A DNA stretch of 63,299 nucleotides from a virus. Taxonomy: Duplodnaviria > Caudoviricetes. A model generated the notes under the pieces. It saw only the letters and a program-made list of their open reading frames with translations. It had not been told where the DNA came from and made no database searches. The stretch is taken from the IMG/VR virus record IMGVR_UViG_3300009678_000063, positions 1 through 63,299 of that record; one strand, given 5' to 3'. The translations under genes and the position numbers were made by a program. Shown here one piece after another: positions 36,924-47,613 of this stretch. Each line of letters starts with the position of its first letter. Position 1 is the stretch's first letter.

Positions 36924-39900
36924 CTACGTTACCTCAATCCATGTCAGGGAGACGGTCATGTGACCGCCGCCCTCGTAGTCCTTGGTCGGTCCGCCGAACT
37001 CGACTTCCCAAATGTCCCCGAACGGGGACTTGAGTACGTGAGGGCCGGCGTTGGACTTGATGTAGTCCACCTGATCCTTAGCGGTAGCAACCTCGTCGTC
37101 CTTCCACTTGCACTGCAAGGTTCCCTCAGCGCCGAGCACCTTGCCGCGGACCACAACCTTGCGGGACGTGCCGAGTGGCTCGAAGACTTCCTGCTGTACA
37201 GGCTCTAGGAACGGAGCGCTCACAACGGGCAACTCGAAGATGTGCGCGTCCGCGCGGTCAGCGCCGACGATCTGCCACGAGTCGGTGTCCAGAAGGGTGG
37301 ACGAGATGTCGGAATCGGCGCTCTCAAGGTCAACGTCGCCCGGTACGATCTTGAACTGAGTGATCTTGTAGTCGTACGAGACGTTGTTGGCCGCTAGGTA
37401 GTCACGGTATGAGACTGTAGCGATGTTCGCTAGGTCTACCAGCGTTGACCACGTGGAGTCCGAGGCCTCCTTGCGGTAGATGCGGTAGAAGTCGAACACG
37501 CTCGGGCTCAAGTTGGATTGGTCCCATGTCGCAAGCACACTCGCGTTGGAGACGTCGTCCGTGACGTTGAATCCGGTAATCGCCGACGGTGCGACCCACG
37601 AGGTTGTCACGCTGTTAGAGTCGAAGGCCGAGGGCAGATCGTCGGTGTCCCACAACTGGACCTGAACGAGATACACCGTGCTGTTGACAAGGTAGCCCGA
37701 CGGGAATGCGAACAGCGTGGCCGATGAGTAAACGCGGCCGCTGTCGTATATGGTAAGTGAGTCGGAGTTGCGAACAATGCGGACCCGGTATGAGTTCTGC
37801 GCCTTGCCGCCCGGAGAGGACATGGACCACGTGATGTTGAACGATGGCGATGTAACGGTACCGGCGTCAGACGGTGACGTGATGGTCGTCGTCGGTGACT
37901 GGCTGGCATTGAACTGGACGTAACTGGTCCACGGTCCGATGGCGCCCTTAGAGTCGTAGTACCGCTGGCGATGGTTGTACAGGACGTCGTATGCCAGCGG
38001 GTTCGCCGCACCGGTGGTCTTGAGTACACCACCCTCGCCGTCGTAGGCCGTGTTCTCACCGCCCGTAAGGGAGGCGTCCTTGAGCAGGCTGTAGACGATG
38101 GCCGAGTCGGAGTTACGGGTGACCTCGACCTCGAACGTACGCGGGACGTCACCGAGCGCGTCCTTATCCGTGTCCTCAAACGTACCCTTGAAGGTGACGA
38201 TCAGTGAGTCCGGGTTCGTGAAGCCGCTCACGGGCTCCAAGTTGCTCGGAGCGGAGGGGCTGGCGTTCAGCCGGAACGGGATGAGGGCCGAGTAGTTACC
38301 CACTGGGCCGGTGCTCTTGGTGTACCGGGCCTGCCAGTAGTACACGACGCCCTTGGAGAGGGCTGATCCAGTGTACAGTTTCGTGAAGGTCGTGCTCGAA
38401 CCGCCTATGTCCCCCGAGTCCCAAACGAGCGAGGTTCCGCCCGGATCGGAGTAGACTCGGATTCGGAAGTTCGTGATCGTCTCACCGCCGAAGGAGGTAC
38501 CGTCGAACGACGGAGCCACAGCGTCGAAGAGTAGGTTGTCTACGTTGACGTTGGTGGTGACCGAGCCACCCGACGCGTTGGTTCGGATACCGATTCGCGT
38601 GACGTTCGCCCAGTTACGGGTACCGCCAGAAGCGACCGGAGTGTCCAGCGTGAGGGTCTTGGTCTCCCACACGTTGATCGTGGACGGCTCGATGTCGTAC
38701 TCGTCGAAGTCCGACGCAGTCGCGAAGGTGAATCGAAGCCGGATGTAGTTGACGTTGGTAGCGGACGAGTACCGAATCTGAATCTTGATCGGCGTCTTCT
38801 TGCCGTACTTCGACAGGTTGAGCGCAACCGTACGGTAGGAGTCCGACGTCGAGCCGTTCGAGAGGGTGGTGATCGTCAACTTCATTGACGCGCGTCCGAC
38901 CTGCTTGACGGCCGTGTCCTGCGAGGCCGAGGATGATGTACCGTTGGTGACGCTGGTGATGTTCTCGAAGCCGTCTACCTCGTCCGGAGCACCAAGCCAC
39001 GCGTCAGAGGGTGGTGCGCTCGGCGTCGGGATGCCGGCCGAGTCCGTGGTGAAGGAGGTCAATCCGGTGAACGGCTGCCAGACGCTATCGGAGTTCTTCT
39101 GGACGCTGATCTTCCACCAGTACTGCGTGTTCCATTCGAGGGCTGAGCCGGCGTAGGTGACGTTGTAGGACGTCCCAGTCGTCTCGACCGTCTGACCCTG
39201 ATCCCACTTGACCGACGTGCCCGCGGCGTCGTTGTAGACGATGACCTGCGTACCCTTGAGCGTGTCGCTCCACGTTCCGGTGAAGTCCGGCGTTAGGTCC
39301 GTGATCGGCGAGCCGACTGGCGTAACCTGAGTAGGCGTCGTCGCGGAGGGGGTCACGAAGGACTGTAGGGCCGACCATGCGGACGTCCCGCCGACCGAAC
39401 TGGTTACCTTGGCGCGCCACTTGTAGGTCGTCGAGTAGGACAGGGCGGTACCGGAGTAAATCTTCGAGAAGGCGGAGGAGGTAACGCCGGACGAGAACGA
39501 TCCCGATGACCACTTGAGGGTCGTACCGTCGTTCTCGTAGACCTCGATTTCAGCGCTCGTAAGAAGGTCGTCAGAGGTAGCACGTGAGCCAGACAGTGTC
39601 GGCGTCAGGCCACCGACTGTCTCACCGCCCGTCGGGCTGAGGCTGATCGGGATGCCGGTCGTGTGGGTCGTGAAGGTCGCGTTGGAGGAGTACCCACCCC
39701 ATGCGGAGTTGGAGTCCTTGGTGCGGGCGCGCCAGCGGTAGCCGGTCTGCCACGACAGGGCAGGGCTACCCGGGTAGACGACTGACTTCGAGGTCGTCGC
39801 AGTGACGGCCACGTCGCCGGAGTCCCACACGGCCGTACCGTTCGCCAGTTCGAGGATGATTCGGTACCCGAGCATCTGACTGTCGGTCGTGTCAGGGTCG

Positions 39901-40892
39901 GAGTGGGTGATGTTGAAGGTCGGCGTCAGAGTCTTGACGTCGGTAGTCGGGGATTCCTGTAGGCTGATGCTAGGTGCGTTCGGGACGCTGTTAGCCTTGA
40001 ATCTCTGCTGCGAGGAGTACGCTCCCCACACACCGTCGTTGTCCTTGCAGCGGGCCTTCCACTTGTAGAAGGTGTTGCCCGTGAGGGCCGGGCCGTTGTA
40101 CGTCTTGGAGAAGGACGTTCCCGATCCGGCAAGCGTTCCGGAGTCCCACTTGACCGTTGTTCCGTTATCCTCGTAGAGGATGATCTGGAATCCAGTTAGC
40201 GTGTCGCCGACATCAGGATCGCTGAACGTACCGGTAAGTGAGGGGGTGAGCGTGTTCTGAATAGCATCCGCGGTCGGGCTCAGGCCCGTCGGGGCATTCG
40301 GCGCCGTGTTGGTCGTGTAGTCTACGACGATGTAGGCATCGTTCGACGCGCCGGCCTCGCGAGAGTAGAACTCAACGCGCTCGTTGGACGACGGCTCGTC
40401 CGAGGACGTCAGACGGATACCGTAGAAGGTCCCGGCCGCCTTCGCTGCCTGAATGATCCCGGTGATGTCTACGCTGTAGAAGGTGCTGTCGGCCGGGGCA
40501 CCGCCACCGCCGACGTCCCACGAAGCCCGCTCGGCCGTCGTCACGGACGGCATGTTCGACCACTCTAGTGCGTTGGTAGAGGACCACGCCTCGTCGGAGC
40601 CCGCGCTACCCTCGGACCATGAGGCCGTTACGCGGTCAACGTAGATGTCCGGGTCGGAAGCGTGCGTCAAGTGAGAGCCAGTTGAAGTCTTGAGGTACAG
40701 CGTCGCGCCAGTGACGGCCACCATGCCGGAGAAACTGTACGAGAAGCCTAGGAACGAGCGGACGTAGCCCGGTAGCCACGAGACGTAACCGACGGGCAGG
40801 TGGTCATCGACCCCCGCCCCGTAACTCGATCCATCGGAAGATTTGTAGGCCGCCAAGGCGTCCTTGTTGACATTCCACGTGGTCTGTGCCAT
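36924..40892 (-). CDS. Large minor tail protein with FN3/Ig-like repeats and C-terminal Dit-like domain
   Basis: Repeated LTP.F...WDSG...Y.W.AR modules; directly follows the tape measure. Confidence 0.75.
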   Translation of the reverse strand: MAQTTWNVNKDALAAYKSSDGSSYGAGVDDHLPVGYVSWLPGYVRSFLGFSYSFSGMVAVTGATLYLKTSTGSHLTHASDPDIYVDRVTASWSEGSAGSDEAWSSTNALEWSNMPSVTTAERASWDVGGGGAPADSTFYSVDITGIIQAAKAAGTFYGIRLTSSDEPSSNERVEFYSREAGASNDAYIVVDYTTNTAPNAPTGLSPTADAIQNTLTPSLTGTFSDPDVGDTLTGFQIILYEDNGTTVKWDSGTLAGSGTSFSKTYNGPALTGNTFYKWKARCKDNDGVWGAYSSQQRFKANSVPNAPSISLQESPTTDVKTLTPTFNITHSDPDTTDSQMLGYRIILELANGTAVWDSGDVAVTATTSKSVVYPGSPALSWQTGYRWRARTKDSNSAWGGYSSNATFTTHTTGIPISLSPTGGETVGGLTPTLSGSRATSDDLLTSAEIEVYENDGTTLKWSSGSFSSGVTSSAFSKIYSGTALSYSTTYKWRAKVTSSVGGTSAWSALQSFVTPSATTPTQVTPVGSPITDLTPDFTGTWSDTLKGTQVIVYNDAAGTSVKWDQGQTVETTGTSYNVTYAGSALEWNTQYWWKISVQKNSDSVWQPFTGLTSFTTDSAGIPTPSAPPSDAWLGAPDEVDGFENITSVTNGTSSSASQDTAVKQVGRASMKLTITTLSNGSTSDSYRTVALNLSKYGKKTPIKIQIRYSSATNVNYIRLRFTFATASDFDEYDIEPSTINVWETKTLTLDTPVASGGTRNWANVTRIGIRTNASGGSVTTNVNVDNLLFDAVAPSFDGTSFGGETITNFRIRVYSDPGGTSLVWDSGDIGGSSTTFTKLYTGSALSKGVVYYWQARYTKSTGPVGNYSALIPFRLNASPSAPSNLEPVSGFTNPDSLIVTFKGTFEDTDKDALGDVPRTFEVEVTRNSDSAIVYSLLKDASLTGGENTAYDGEGGVLKTTGAANPLAYDVLYNHRQRYYDSKGAIGPWTSYVQFNASQSPTTTITSPSDAGTVTSPSFNITWSMSSPGGKAQNSYRVRIVRNSDSLTIYDSGRVYSSATLFAFPSGYLVNSTVYLVQVQLWDTDDLPSAFDSNSVTTSWVAPSAITGFNVTDDVSNASVLATWDQSNLSPSVFDFYRIYRKEASDSTWSTLVDLANIATVSYRDYLAANNVSYDYKITQFKIVPGDVDLESADSDISSTLLDTDSWQIVGADRADAHIFELPVVSAPFLEPVQQEVFEPLGTSRKVVVRGKVLGAEGTLQCKWKDDEVATAKDQVDYIKSNAGPHVLKSPFGDIWEVEFGGPTKDYEGGGHMTVSLTWIEVT

Positions 40893-40894
40893 AG

Positions 40895-43800
40895 TTAGGC
40901 TACTGTGCTCATGTGCTCTAGGGCCCTGACCATGTCAGAGCCGGTGATGAGGTCCTTGAGGGATGAGAGGTCTACGTCGCTTACCGAGCCGTCAGGCGAC
41001 TCAACGGTCACCTTGAGTTCGATAACCCGGGTAGCGGAGGAGGTTGTTGACGAGGAGAAGGCGCCCGGGGACAGGGCGATGTCTGACGTGCCGGCGATAG
41101 CCATGTCGGTCAACTGGCTCGTGATCGTTGCCATGGCGCGACGAGCATCGTCCGCACTAAGAAGACCCCTAGCGAGACCCTGAACGACATTGACACCAAC
41201 GGCAGCCATCACCTTGGACGGGGACGCGATGCCTAGGGCGGCCTTGATACCGTCGATGAATCCGCCGGCGAAGTCCATGATCTTGTCAATGATCCAGTTC
41301 TTGAGGGAGATGATGCCTCCCCAAATGCCGCGGACGAAGTCCTTGCCTACATTGAGTAGGTTCTGCCAAATCTTCGGAACGATGTCTACGATGAAGTCGC
41401 GAAGGAGCCCGGGCAGGCCAATGACCGCGTCAATGATCTTCCCCGGCAGGTCAATGAAGAACTGCACGATCTTCGGAATCATGTCGGCGACGAACTGAAT
41501 GATCTTCGGTACGTTCGTGATGAACCACGTCGAGATGGTGTTCCATAGCCCGACGAGTGCGTCAAGGACACGGCCCGGCAACTTGAGGAACCAGTCCACG
41601 ATGCCAGTGACAAGGTCCGTGACCCATCCGACAACGGCCTCAATCAGGTCCCCGAACCACCCGGCTAGGAGGTTCCAGAGGACGACGAGCCAGTCGAGAA
41701 TCATGCCCGGAAGTTTAGCGATCCAGCCGATGACCCCGGTGACGATGTTGATAATGGTCGTGATTATGAACTTCCAGAGGTTGATCCACCAGCCGACGAC
41801 GAAGCCGAGGATGAATCCGAGGTAGTAGGCCCAGTTCTCGCCCAAGTCGGCGAGAAAGTCACCGATAAACGTCAGGACGGAGTCGATGAAGGACTGAATC
41901 CCCTCTACGATGGACGTCCAGATGGCGGCGATGTTCTCCGGCAGGTTGGAGAAGAAGTCGATGACGCCCTCTACGGCCTCTACGACCCACGTGACCGCGC
42001 CAATGATGCCTTCGATGACACCAGAGACGAATCCGGCCACCGCCTCGATGAAGCCCATGAGCGGCGGGATGACGTTCTCACTGATCCACGCGACCACGCC
42101 ATCGACAAAGTCCTTGAATCCCATGAAGTTGGTCTGGTAGGCGGCGACGGCCAGAGCGATAGCGGCGATGATAGCGACGATAGCGAGCACCACCGGGTTA
42201 GTCGCGAGGGCGATTAGGGCGGGGATCAGGCTGGCAGTGATAGCCAGACCGATGGCCCGGATGGCGCCAACGAGGACGCCGCCCTTGAGCGCAGTCGTGA
42301 GACCGACAATGGCCGTCTTGATGAGGCTGATCGCCGCTACAGCCTTCGTCAGGTTGAGCAGGCGCGTCAGTAGTAGGAGGATTGAGGACGATCCGCGGGC
42401 GATGCCGAACAGGCCGCCTAGGGTCGTAACGAGTCCGAGAAGGACCGATCCTAGCAGGCCAAGACCTACGCGGAGTGCGAGGAACCCTGCGATAGCCAGC
42501 ACGATGTCCCGGATCGTATCGACCTGCTCCGGCGTCAGTCGGTCGATAGCGTCGGCCAGAGACTCGATGAACTCGGCTAGGACCTTGATCCCGGAGTCTA
42601 CCAAATCCTCAAGCACGTTGACGAGCGGCTGAACGCTGTCGAAGAAGCGACCGAAACTGTCAGCCAACTTGCCGATGAGGTCTCGGATCGCCTCGCCGGC
42701 GTGCACGAAGGCGTCACGGATACCGAACGCATTGTCGGCCACGGACTTACCAAACCGGCCAACGATGGAGGCGAGCAGGGAGAACATGCCGATGAGCGGA
42801 AGGACGGTCGAGACAAACATGACGAACGCGGTGGCTAGGCCAAGCACGTTGCCGAGGATGAGGAACATCGCGCCACCGACGGCGAACACGCCGGCCGTCA
42901 TGGCCGCCATCTTCACGATGAAGTCTACGAAGGCGGGATTGTCCTTGAGGTACTCCGTCAACTTGTCGAGCGCGACAAGGATGACGTTCATCACCGGCTG
43001 AGCCAGTTCCATGATCTTGAGGGCAACCATCTGTAGGATCGGGAAGAACGAGTTCTTGAACGACCCGACGATGGCCTTGATGCTGCCGAGCATCTGGACC
43101 TTCATGTTCTCGAAGAAGGCACCGGCGTTCTCTAGGGAGTACTTCTGCTTGTCAACGGCCACCTGACCGCGGGCCATAGCGTCGGCATCCCGGTTCCAAA
43201 GGTCGATGGTTGAGTTCACCAGCGGGAGTAGGGCCCGGATAGCGTTGTTCGATGCCGCACGGGCGTTGAACCACGCCTTCTCCGAGTCGGTCATGCCCAT
43301 GTAGGTCTTTGACAGGTCGCGAACGATGCTGTCGAGCCCGGCGAACTTGTCGTTCGGGAAGGCGATTTCCTCCCACGTCTTGCCTACGCCCTTGGTACGC
43401 AGCGTCAACTCGCTGAGTTTAGCGGTGATTGCGTCGGTCGGGGCCAACAGACCCTCAATCATCATGGACAGTCCGCGACCGGCGCGGCTACCGCGCTGGC
43501 CGGCATCCGCTAGGACACCAAGCATCTGCGCGACGTCGTCGAACTCGATGCCCATGGACCTAGCCTGAGGACCAATGTAGGTGAAGGCGCTAATGAGGTC
43601 GCCGAAGTCCGCCTGCGTACGCTCGGTCATGAGCGCTAGGACCTCAGTTACACGTCCAGCGTCCTCGATGCCGAGGTTGAAGATGCCAAGGATACCCGAC
43701 ACACCCTTGAGGTTCGTTTCGAGCGTGCCACCCGCGCCAGCGGTGGCAATCATGATCTTCTCTACGGTAGCCGTAACGGCGGCGAGTGTCTTCTGGTTAT

Positions 43801-44296
43801 CGACAACGACACCGGTGGCGGCACCCCAAATGTTGTACGCCTCAGCGGCCTCTTCCGGACTGAACAGACCAACAGCCTTTGCGGTGCCCTGAATAGCGTC
43901 GTCAAGTCTCTGCTGCCAGACAACATTCGTGTTGAGTGCGACACCGGCGCGGCGTAGCCAGTAGTCGTAGTCGGCGTAAGTGCTGACGATGTTCATGCCG
44001 AGGTCTACGATCTGGCGGGCCACGTCGATGAGCCGACGGCCTACCTGCTCGTAGTGGGAAGCGGCACGCCAAACGGCGTCCATGGCCTTCTCTGTTCGGG
44101 TGAGGTTATCGGTCAGGTCACGGTACGCGGCCGCTAGCGGGTGCAGCGCGTTATTCGTCTGGCCTTGGAAGGCCCGCGTCGCGCCCTGCGTGGACCCCTG
44201 CACGCTTTGTAGCGAACTGGATAGGGTCCGGAGGGCCGGCAGGTTCTTTACGTCAATGACGATTTGAAGGTGAATGTTCCTAAGGGTGGCGGTCAT
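40895..44296 (-). CDS. Tape measure protein
   Basis: About 1130 aa, LADAGQRGSRAG motif, W/F periodic repeats, GIASPSKV. Confidence 0.93.
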   Translation of the reverse strand: MTATLRNIHLQIVIDVKNLPALRTLSSSLQSVQGSTQGATRAFQGQTNNALHPLAAAYRDLTDNLTRTEKAMDAVWRAASHYEQVGRRLIDVARQIVDLGMNIVSTYADYDYWLRRAGVALNTNVVWQQRLDDAIQGTAKAVGLFSPEEAAEAYNIWGAATGVVVDNQKTLAAVTATVEKIMIATAGAGGTLETNLKGVSGILGIFNLGIEDAGRVTEVLALMTERTQADFGDLISAFTYIGPQARSMGIEFDDVAQMLGVLADAGQRGSRAGRGLSMMIEGLLAPTDAITAKLSELTLRTKGVGKTWEEIAFPNDKFAGLDSIVRDLSKTYMGMTDSEKAWFNARAASNNAIRALLPLVNSTIDLWNRDADAMARGQVAVDKQKYSLENAGAFFENMKVQMLGSIKAIVGSFKNSFFPILQMVALKIMELAQPVMNVILVALDKLTEYLKDNPAFVDFIVKMAAMTAGVFAVGGAMFLILGNVLGLATAFVMFVSTVLPLIGMFSLLASIVGRFGKSVADNAFGIRDAFVHAGEAIRDLIGKLADSFGRFFDSVQPLVNVLEDLVDSGIKVLAEFIESLADAIDRLTPEQVDTIRDIVLAIAGFLALRVGLGLLGSVLLGLVTTLGGLFGIARGSSSILLLLTRLLNLTKAVAAISLIKTAIVGLTTALKGGVLVGAIRAIGLAITASLIPALIALATNPVVLAIVAIIAAIALAVAAYQTNFMGFKDFVDGVVAWISENVIPPLMGFIEAVAGFVSGVIEGIIGAVTWVVEAVEGVIDFFSNLPENIAAIWTSIVEGIQSFIDSVLTFIGDFLADLGENWAYYLGFILGFVVGWWINLWKFIITTIINIVTGVIGWIAKLPGMILDWLVVLWNLLAGWFGDLIEAVVGWVTDLVTGIVDWFLKLPGRVLDALVGLWNTISTWFITNVPKIIQFVADMIPKIVQFFIDLPGKIIDAVIGLPGLLRDFIVDIVPKIWQNLLNVGKDFVRGIWGGIISLKNWIIDKIMDFAGGFIDGIKAALGIASPSKVMAAVGVNVVQGLARGLLSADDARRAMATITSQLTDMAIAGTSDIALSPGAFSSSTTSSATRVIELKVTVESPDGSVSDVDLSSLKDLITGSDMVRALEHMSTVA

Positions 44297-44370
44297 CAAT
44301 CAAAAAGGGGCCACGCGAGCACTGTGGTGATTACCCGTCTATGAGTATCCACTGTGTTCGCGTGGCCCAT
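44296..44370 (-). CDS. 24-aa leader ORF across a terminator-like hairpin, coupled to TMP
   Basis: AAGGGG RBS + ATG; TGA overlaps the TMP ATG (TGATG). Confidence 0.45.
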   Translation of the reverse strand: MGHANTVDTHRRVITTVLAWPLFD

Positions 44371-44378
44371 TGGTCCCC

Positions 44379-45022
44379 TTACTTCAACTTCTTAGACGCA
44401 CTAGTGTTCTCGCCGTTGCGGAACTGCTCGAACATGGACATTAGCCAGACCCCCTGATCGAGCAACCCACCCTCATCCGGCAACTGGGCGAACCCCACCA
44501 CTACGGAGGCGGACTTATGCTCGACCTTGCGACCCCTATCCTTCCGCAACTCGACGTTCACCACCTGAACGAGGCGGCACATCAAGTACAGGTCGAAGGC
44601 CCGCGCGATCCTTGGATTGCGGCGGGCCAGCGCGTCTACGCGGTAGCCGTCGGCGCTTTGGCGCGCGAGGTCGAAGGCGATTTTGACTCGGCCGCACCCG
44701 GGTTGAGGTTGGAGAAGTGGTCGGCTAGGGCGGCGTCGATGGCGTTGGCCGCGTCCGCCGATAGGTCGAGGTAGGCGTCCTCAGTAGGTTCCTCGTCGAG
44801 GGACCATCCGGTCACCAGCGCCACGAATAGGTCGTGCTGGAACTGGGTCGCCTGCTGGACGGACATAGACGTGACGTCGTCACCGATCTTGCCCGGAATG
44901 GATGAAACGATGGCATTGAACTGGCGCTTGCTCAGGTCACTCAGGACCTCCACCCAATCCTCTTTCGAGTCTCCGATGAAGAGACGCTTTGTCTCTGTAG
45001 ACGCCTTGCGGAAAATACCCAT
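44379..45022 (-). CDS. Tail assembly chaperone pair (G: 44636-45022; GT via -1 frameshift to 44379)
   Basis: LVTGWSLD motif; -1 frame is open from TCAAAAT (~44680-44687) into ORF 44379..44585. Confidence 0.75.
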
Positions 45023-45090
45023 GGTTCTCCTATCCTCTAGGGACTATACGGGGTGGCCGGACGGGACACTAGCCCGCCCGGCCGGGGACA

Positions 45091-46044
45091 CTAATCGACG
45101 GTTGGCTCGTTGTTGACGAGAATGGCCGTGAAGATGTCTGACGCGAGTGGCTTGACGATCAAGGCCTCGACAGACTGCTCAAGGTAATCGCCAGCCGCTA
45201 GGGGGACGCCCACCTTGTTCCATCGAACGTTCGGAATCTGTAGGCGGAGCAGAGGCTTGTTAGAGCCCATGCCCGACAGGGCCGACGAGCCCTCCATGTG
45301 GAGGTCAACATCGAAGATCGTCTCGTTCAGGAACCGGTCGTACTCCGACGTGTCCGTGAAGTCAATCGTCATCATGAGGGTCACTTCCCGCATGCCGAGG
45401 GCCAGACGCTTCCACGCCCGCGTCTTGCGCAAAGTACCGATCCGCTCGATGTTGTTGTTCACACCGAAGGTGAAGTCCTTGACCGTTGACAGGAAGGTGC
45501 CGGAGGCGACCTTGATGTCTACGCCGGTGAAGTGGAGAGGCGTTACGTCCGAGTAGGACGGGCTAGCAGGACTACCCTGCTTGGTTCGGTTGACTCCCTC
45601 GATACCGAAGGAGGCCGTTACAATCTCGCCGAAGGCCGCCTTGATTTCGATGGTATTGATCCGGCAACCGCCGTACCTCATGACGAGGATGTCGGCCGCG
45701 CTGGACTCAAACGAGAACGTCGGCTCCGCAGAGGCCGGCGTGTACGTGTGCTGGTAACCACCGCCAGCGTAGGCGGAGGAAATGACCGTCGCGGCGAAGG
45801 CCGAACGGAGAATGGACGCGATGTCCAGCGGGATCAACTCCATCTCCATGGTGCCGCCCACTTGGAACGGCGCCGGCATGGCGATGAACTTGTCCCGCGA
45901 GTGCCTGATCTGCTCAGGCACAATGTAGTCGTTGCTGTCCTCAATCGAGAACGAGGATACCGGGAGGTACTTAGTCGGAGCGACCTGAGTTCCCTCAGTC
46001 GTTTCCTTACCGTACCCGACGTAACCAAGCGCACCTAGGCTCAT
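45091..46044 (-). CDS. Major tail tube protein
   Basis: YVGYGKETT.GT, YGGC.IN, position. Confidence 0.85.
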   Translation of the reverse strand: MSLGALGYVGYGKETTEGTQVAPTKYLPVSSFSIEDSNDYIVPEQIRHSRDKFIAMPAPFQVGGTMEMELIPLDIASILRSAFAATVISSAYAGGGYQHTYTPASAEPTFSFESSAADILVMRYGGCRINTIEIKAAFGEIVTASFGIEGVNRTKQGSPASPSYSDVTPLHFTGVDIKVASGTFLSTVKDFTFGVNNNIERIGTLRKTRAWKRLALGMREVTLMMTIDFTDTSEYDRFLNETIFDVDLHMEGSSALSGMGSNKPLLRLQIPNVRWNKVGVPLAAGDYLEQSVEALIVKPLASDIFTAILVNNEPTVD

Positions 46045-46056
46045 ATTTGCTTCCTT

Positions 46057-46542
46057 TTACGACTGCCGCTGGAACTGCTGGTTGACAGTTAGCGTGATTT
46101 GTGCAGACTTAGCGACAACCGAGCCTCGCACCTGAACTAGATAATCGGTCGTCGTCGTCTTGACCTCCCGAATGCCGGCCATGCCGTCGAGACTGCGGTT
46201 AGAGTCCTTTCGGAACCACTTCCTCAGTCGGCCCATGACCTGCGTCATCATCCTGTCCCCCGAGGCATCCAGAACGGAGGCCTCGAAGTAGTCGCGGGAG
46301 TCGATCAGGAACGTGACGAGTACCTCGAAGTCGAGGACTTCGTAGCCCGTCGTCTCAATGTCCTCAAGTTGCTGAACGGGCTGGACGATGAATGCGGGGT
46401 ACGCGTTGACCGGAAGGATTCCCGGGTCACCCCAGTAGATCGCCGCAATGGACACCAGATCGGAGCACCCACCGTTGTCACTAGGCGTCTCGGTGAACAG
46501 GGTAACCTCAGCGGCTATCTTGTCGATTACGTCTTCCATCAC
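46057..46542 (-). CDS. Tail terminator protein
   Basis: YPAF motif, position. Confidence 0.6.
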   Translation of the reverse strand: MMEDVIDKIAAEVTLFTETPSDNGGCSDLVSIAAIYWGDPGILPVNAYPAFIVQPVQQLEDIETTGYEVLDFEVLVTFLIDSRDYFEASVLDASGDRMMTQVMGRLRKWFRKDSNRSLDGMAGIREVKTTTTDYLVQVRGSVVAKSAQITLTVNQQFQRQS

Positions 46543-47063
46543 GGCAGGATCACCCCTAGTCTACGGCTAATCCACGGGACGAGGGCGCCGTGCGCGGAAC
46601 GAATCACCGATTCGTCCACGAACCAGTACGGTCTCGGGGCGCGGTTCTTGCCGCGGAACTGGTTCATGGCCTTGTTGCCGTGCGCGGAGACATCCAGCGT
46701 GCCGTTCTTGGTGCTGACGCGGACTTCGATTTCGCCGCCGCGGTCCATCCGCCTCGTCTCGTTCGGATTGACGTTGAGAAGGTGACGAGTGGTCAGTAGA
46801 CGAAGATCGCCGTACCGCACAAGAATCGGGTGCCTGCCCGGGAAGCCGGCGCGCTCGCGCTCTTCAACCGTACGCTCAGCGAGTTCACGCCACCCACCCA
46901 CGCGAGAGCCCTCGCTGATGAAGTTGCGATCCCAAACCTTCGCGACGCCGTGTAGCGACTCGACAGCCATGTCGTCACGCTCGTACTTGAGGAATCGTTC
47001 GATCTTGCCAACCGACTTGATGACCGAGTCCATGTCCTTGACATTCAGACGGAGAAGTGACAT
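46539..47063 (-). CDS. Neck/virion morphogenesis protein
   Basis: NF.SEG...W..L...T, L.R.GDL, PRPY. Confidence 0.65.
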   Translation of the reverse strand: MSLLRLNVKDMDSVIKSVGKIERFLKYERDDMAVESLHGVAKVWDRNFISEGSRVGGWRELAERTVEERERAGFPGRHPILVRYGDLRLLTTRHLLNVNPNETRRMDRGGEIEVRVSTKNGTLDVSAHGNKAMNQFRGKNRAPRPYWFVDESVIRSAHGALVPWISRRLGVILP

Positions 47064-47064
47064 A

Positions 47065-47613
47065 CTACCCGAGCCGTTCCCGACGGTAGTGCTCTAGCAG
47101 GTCAATGATCTTCTCTTCGATGTCGGAGACCATGTTGACCTCGCGATCCTGAGGACCGCGGTACTGGGGACTCATTAGGTCCGCCACCTTGAGGGCGGTA
47201 GCGCGCTTCACGGCAGACGGAACAGTCGCGTAGCCCGCGTTGTACGTAACCGTGTACGTGTAGTCACTACGCCACGGACCGTTTACGGGGTTCTTGAACT
47301 CGGCGATCCCGCCGGTCAGGACCCGGACCTTGGTGATGTCCACTGAACCAGTAGCGCCGGCGTCGGACTCGTACGTGATGGTGGTCAGAGAGTTGACCGG
47401 GAACTGGTCTAGGATGAGGCGGTGGTACCCTCGACCGCGAAGAACCTCAACCACCGGACCGGCGACGAAGGCGCGGTCGCAGTAGTTCTGGACCCAGTCG
47501 GACGCATCCCCGATCAGGACAGTCAGCGCATCGGGGAGTGGCGTGAAGGCGGCCTTGAGGCCGAGTTGCGTCATGTTGTCGTTGAAGTAGTCAACGTCGA
47601 TTAGGTTAGGCAT
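47065..47613 (-). CDS. Head-tail adaptor
   Basis: AS..V.NYC.R.F, VTY.AGY..VP..VK.A. Confidence 0.8.
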   Translation of the reverse strand: MPNLIDVDYFNDNMTQLGLKAAFTPLPDALTVLIGDASDWVQNYCDRAFVAGPVVEVLRGRGYHRLILDQFPVNSLTTITYESDAGATGSVDITKVRVLTGGIAEFKNPVNGPWRSDYTYTVTYNAGYATVPSAVKRATALKVADLMSPQYRGPQDREVNMVSDIEEKIIDLLEHYRRERLG

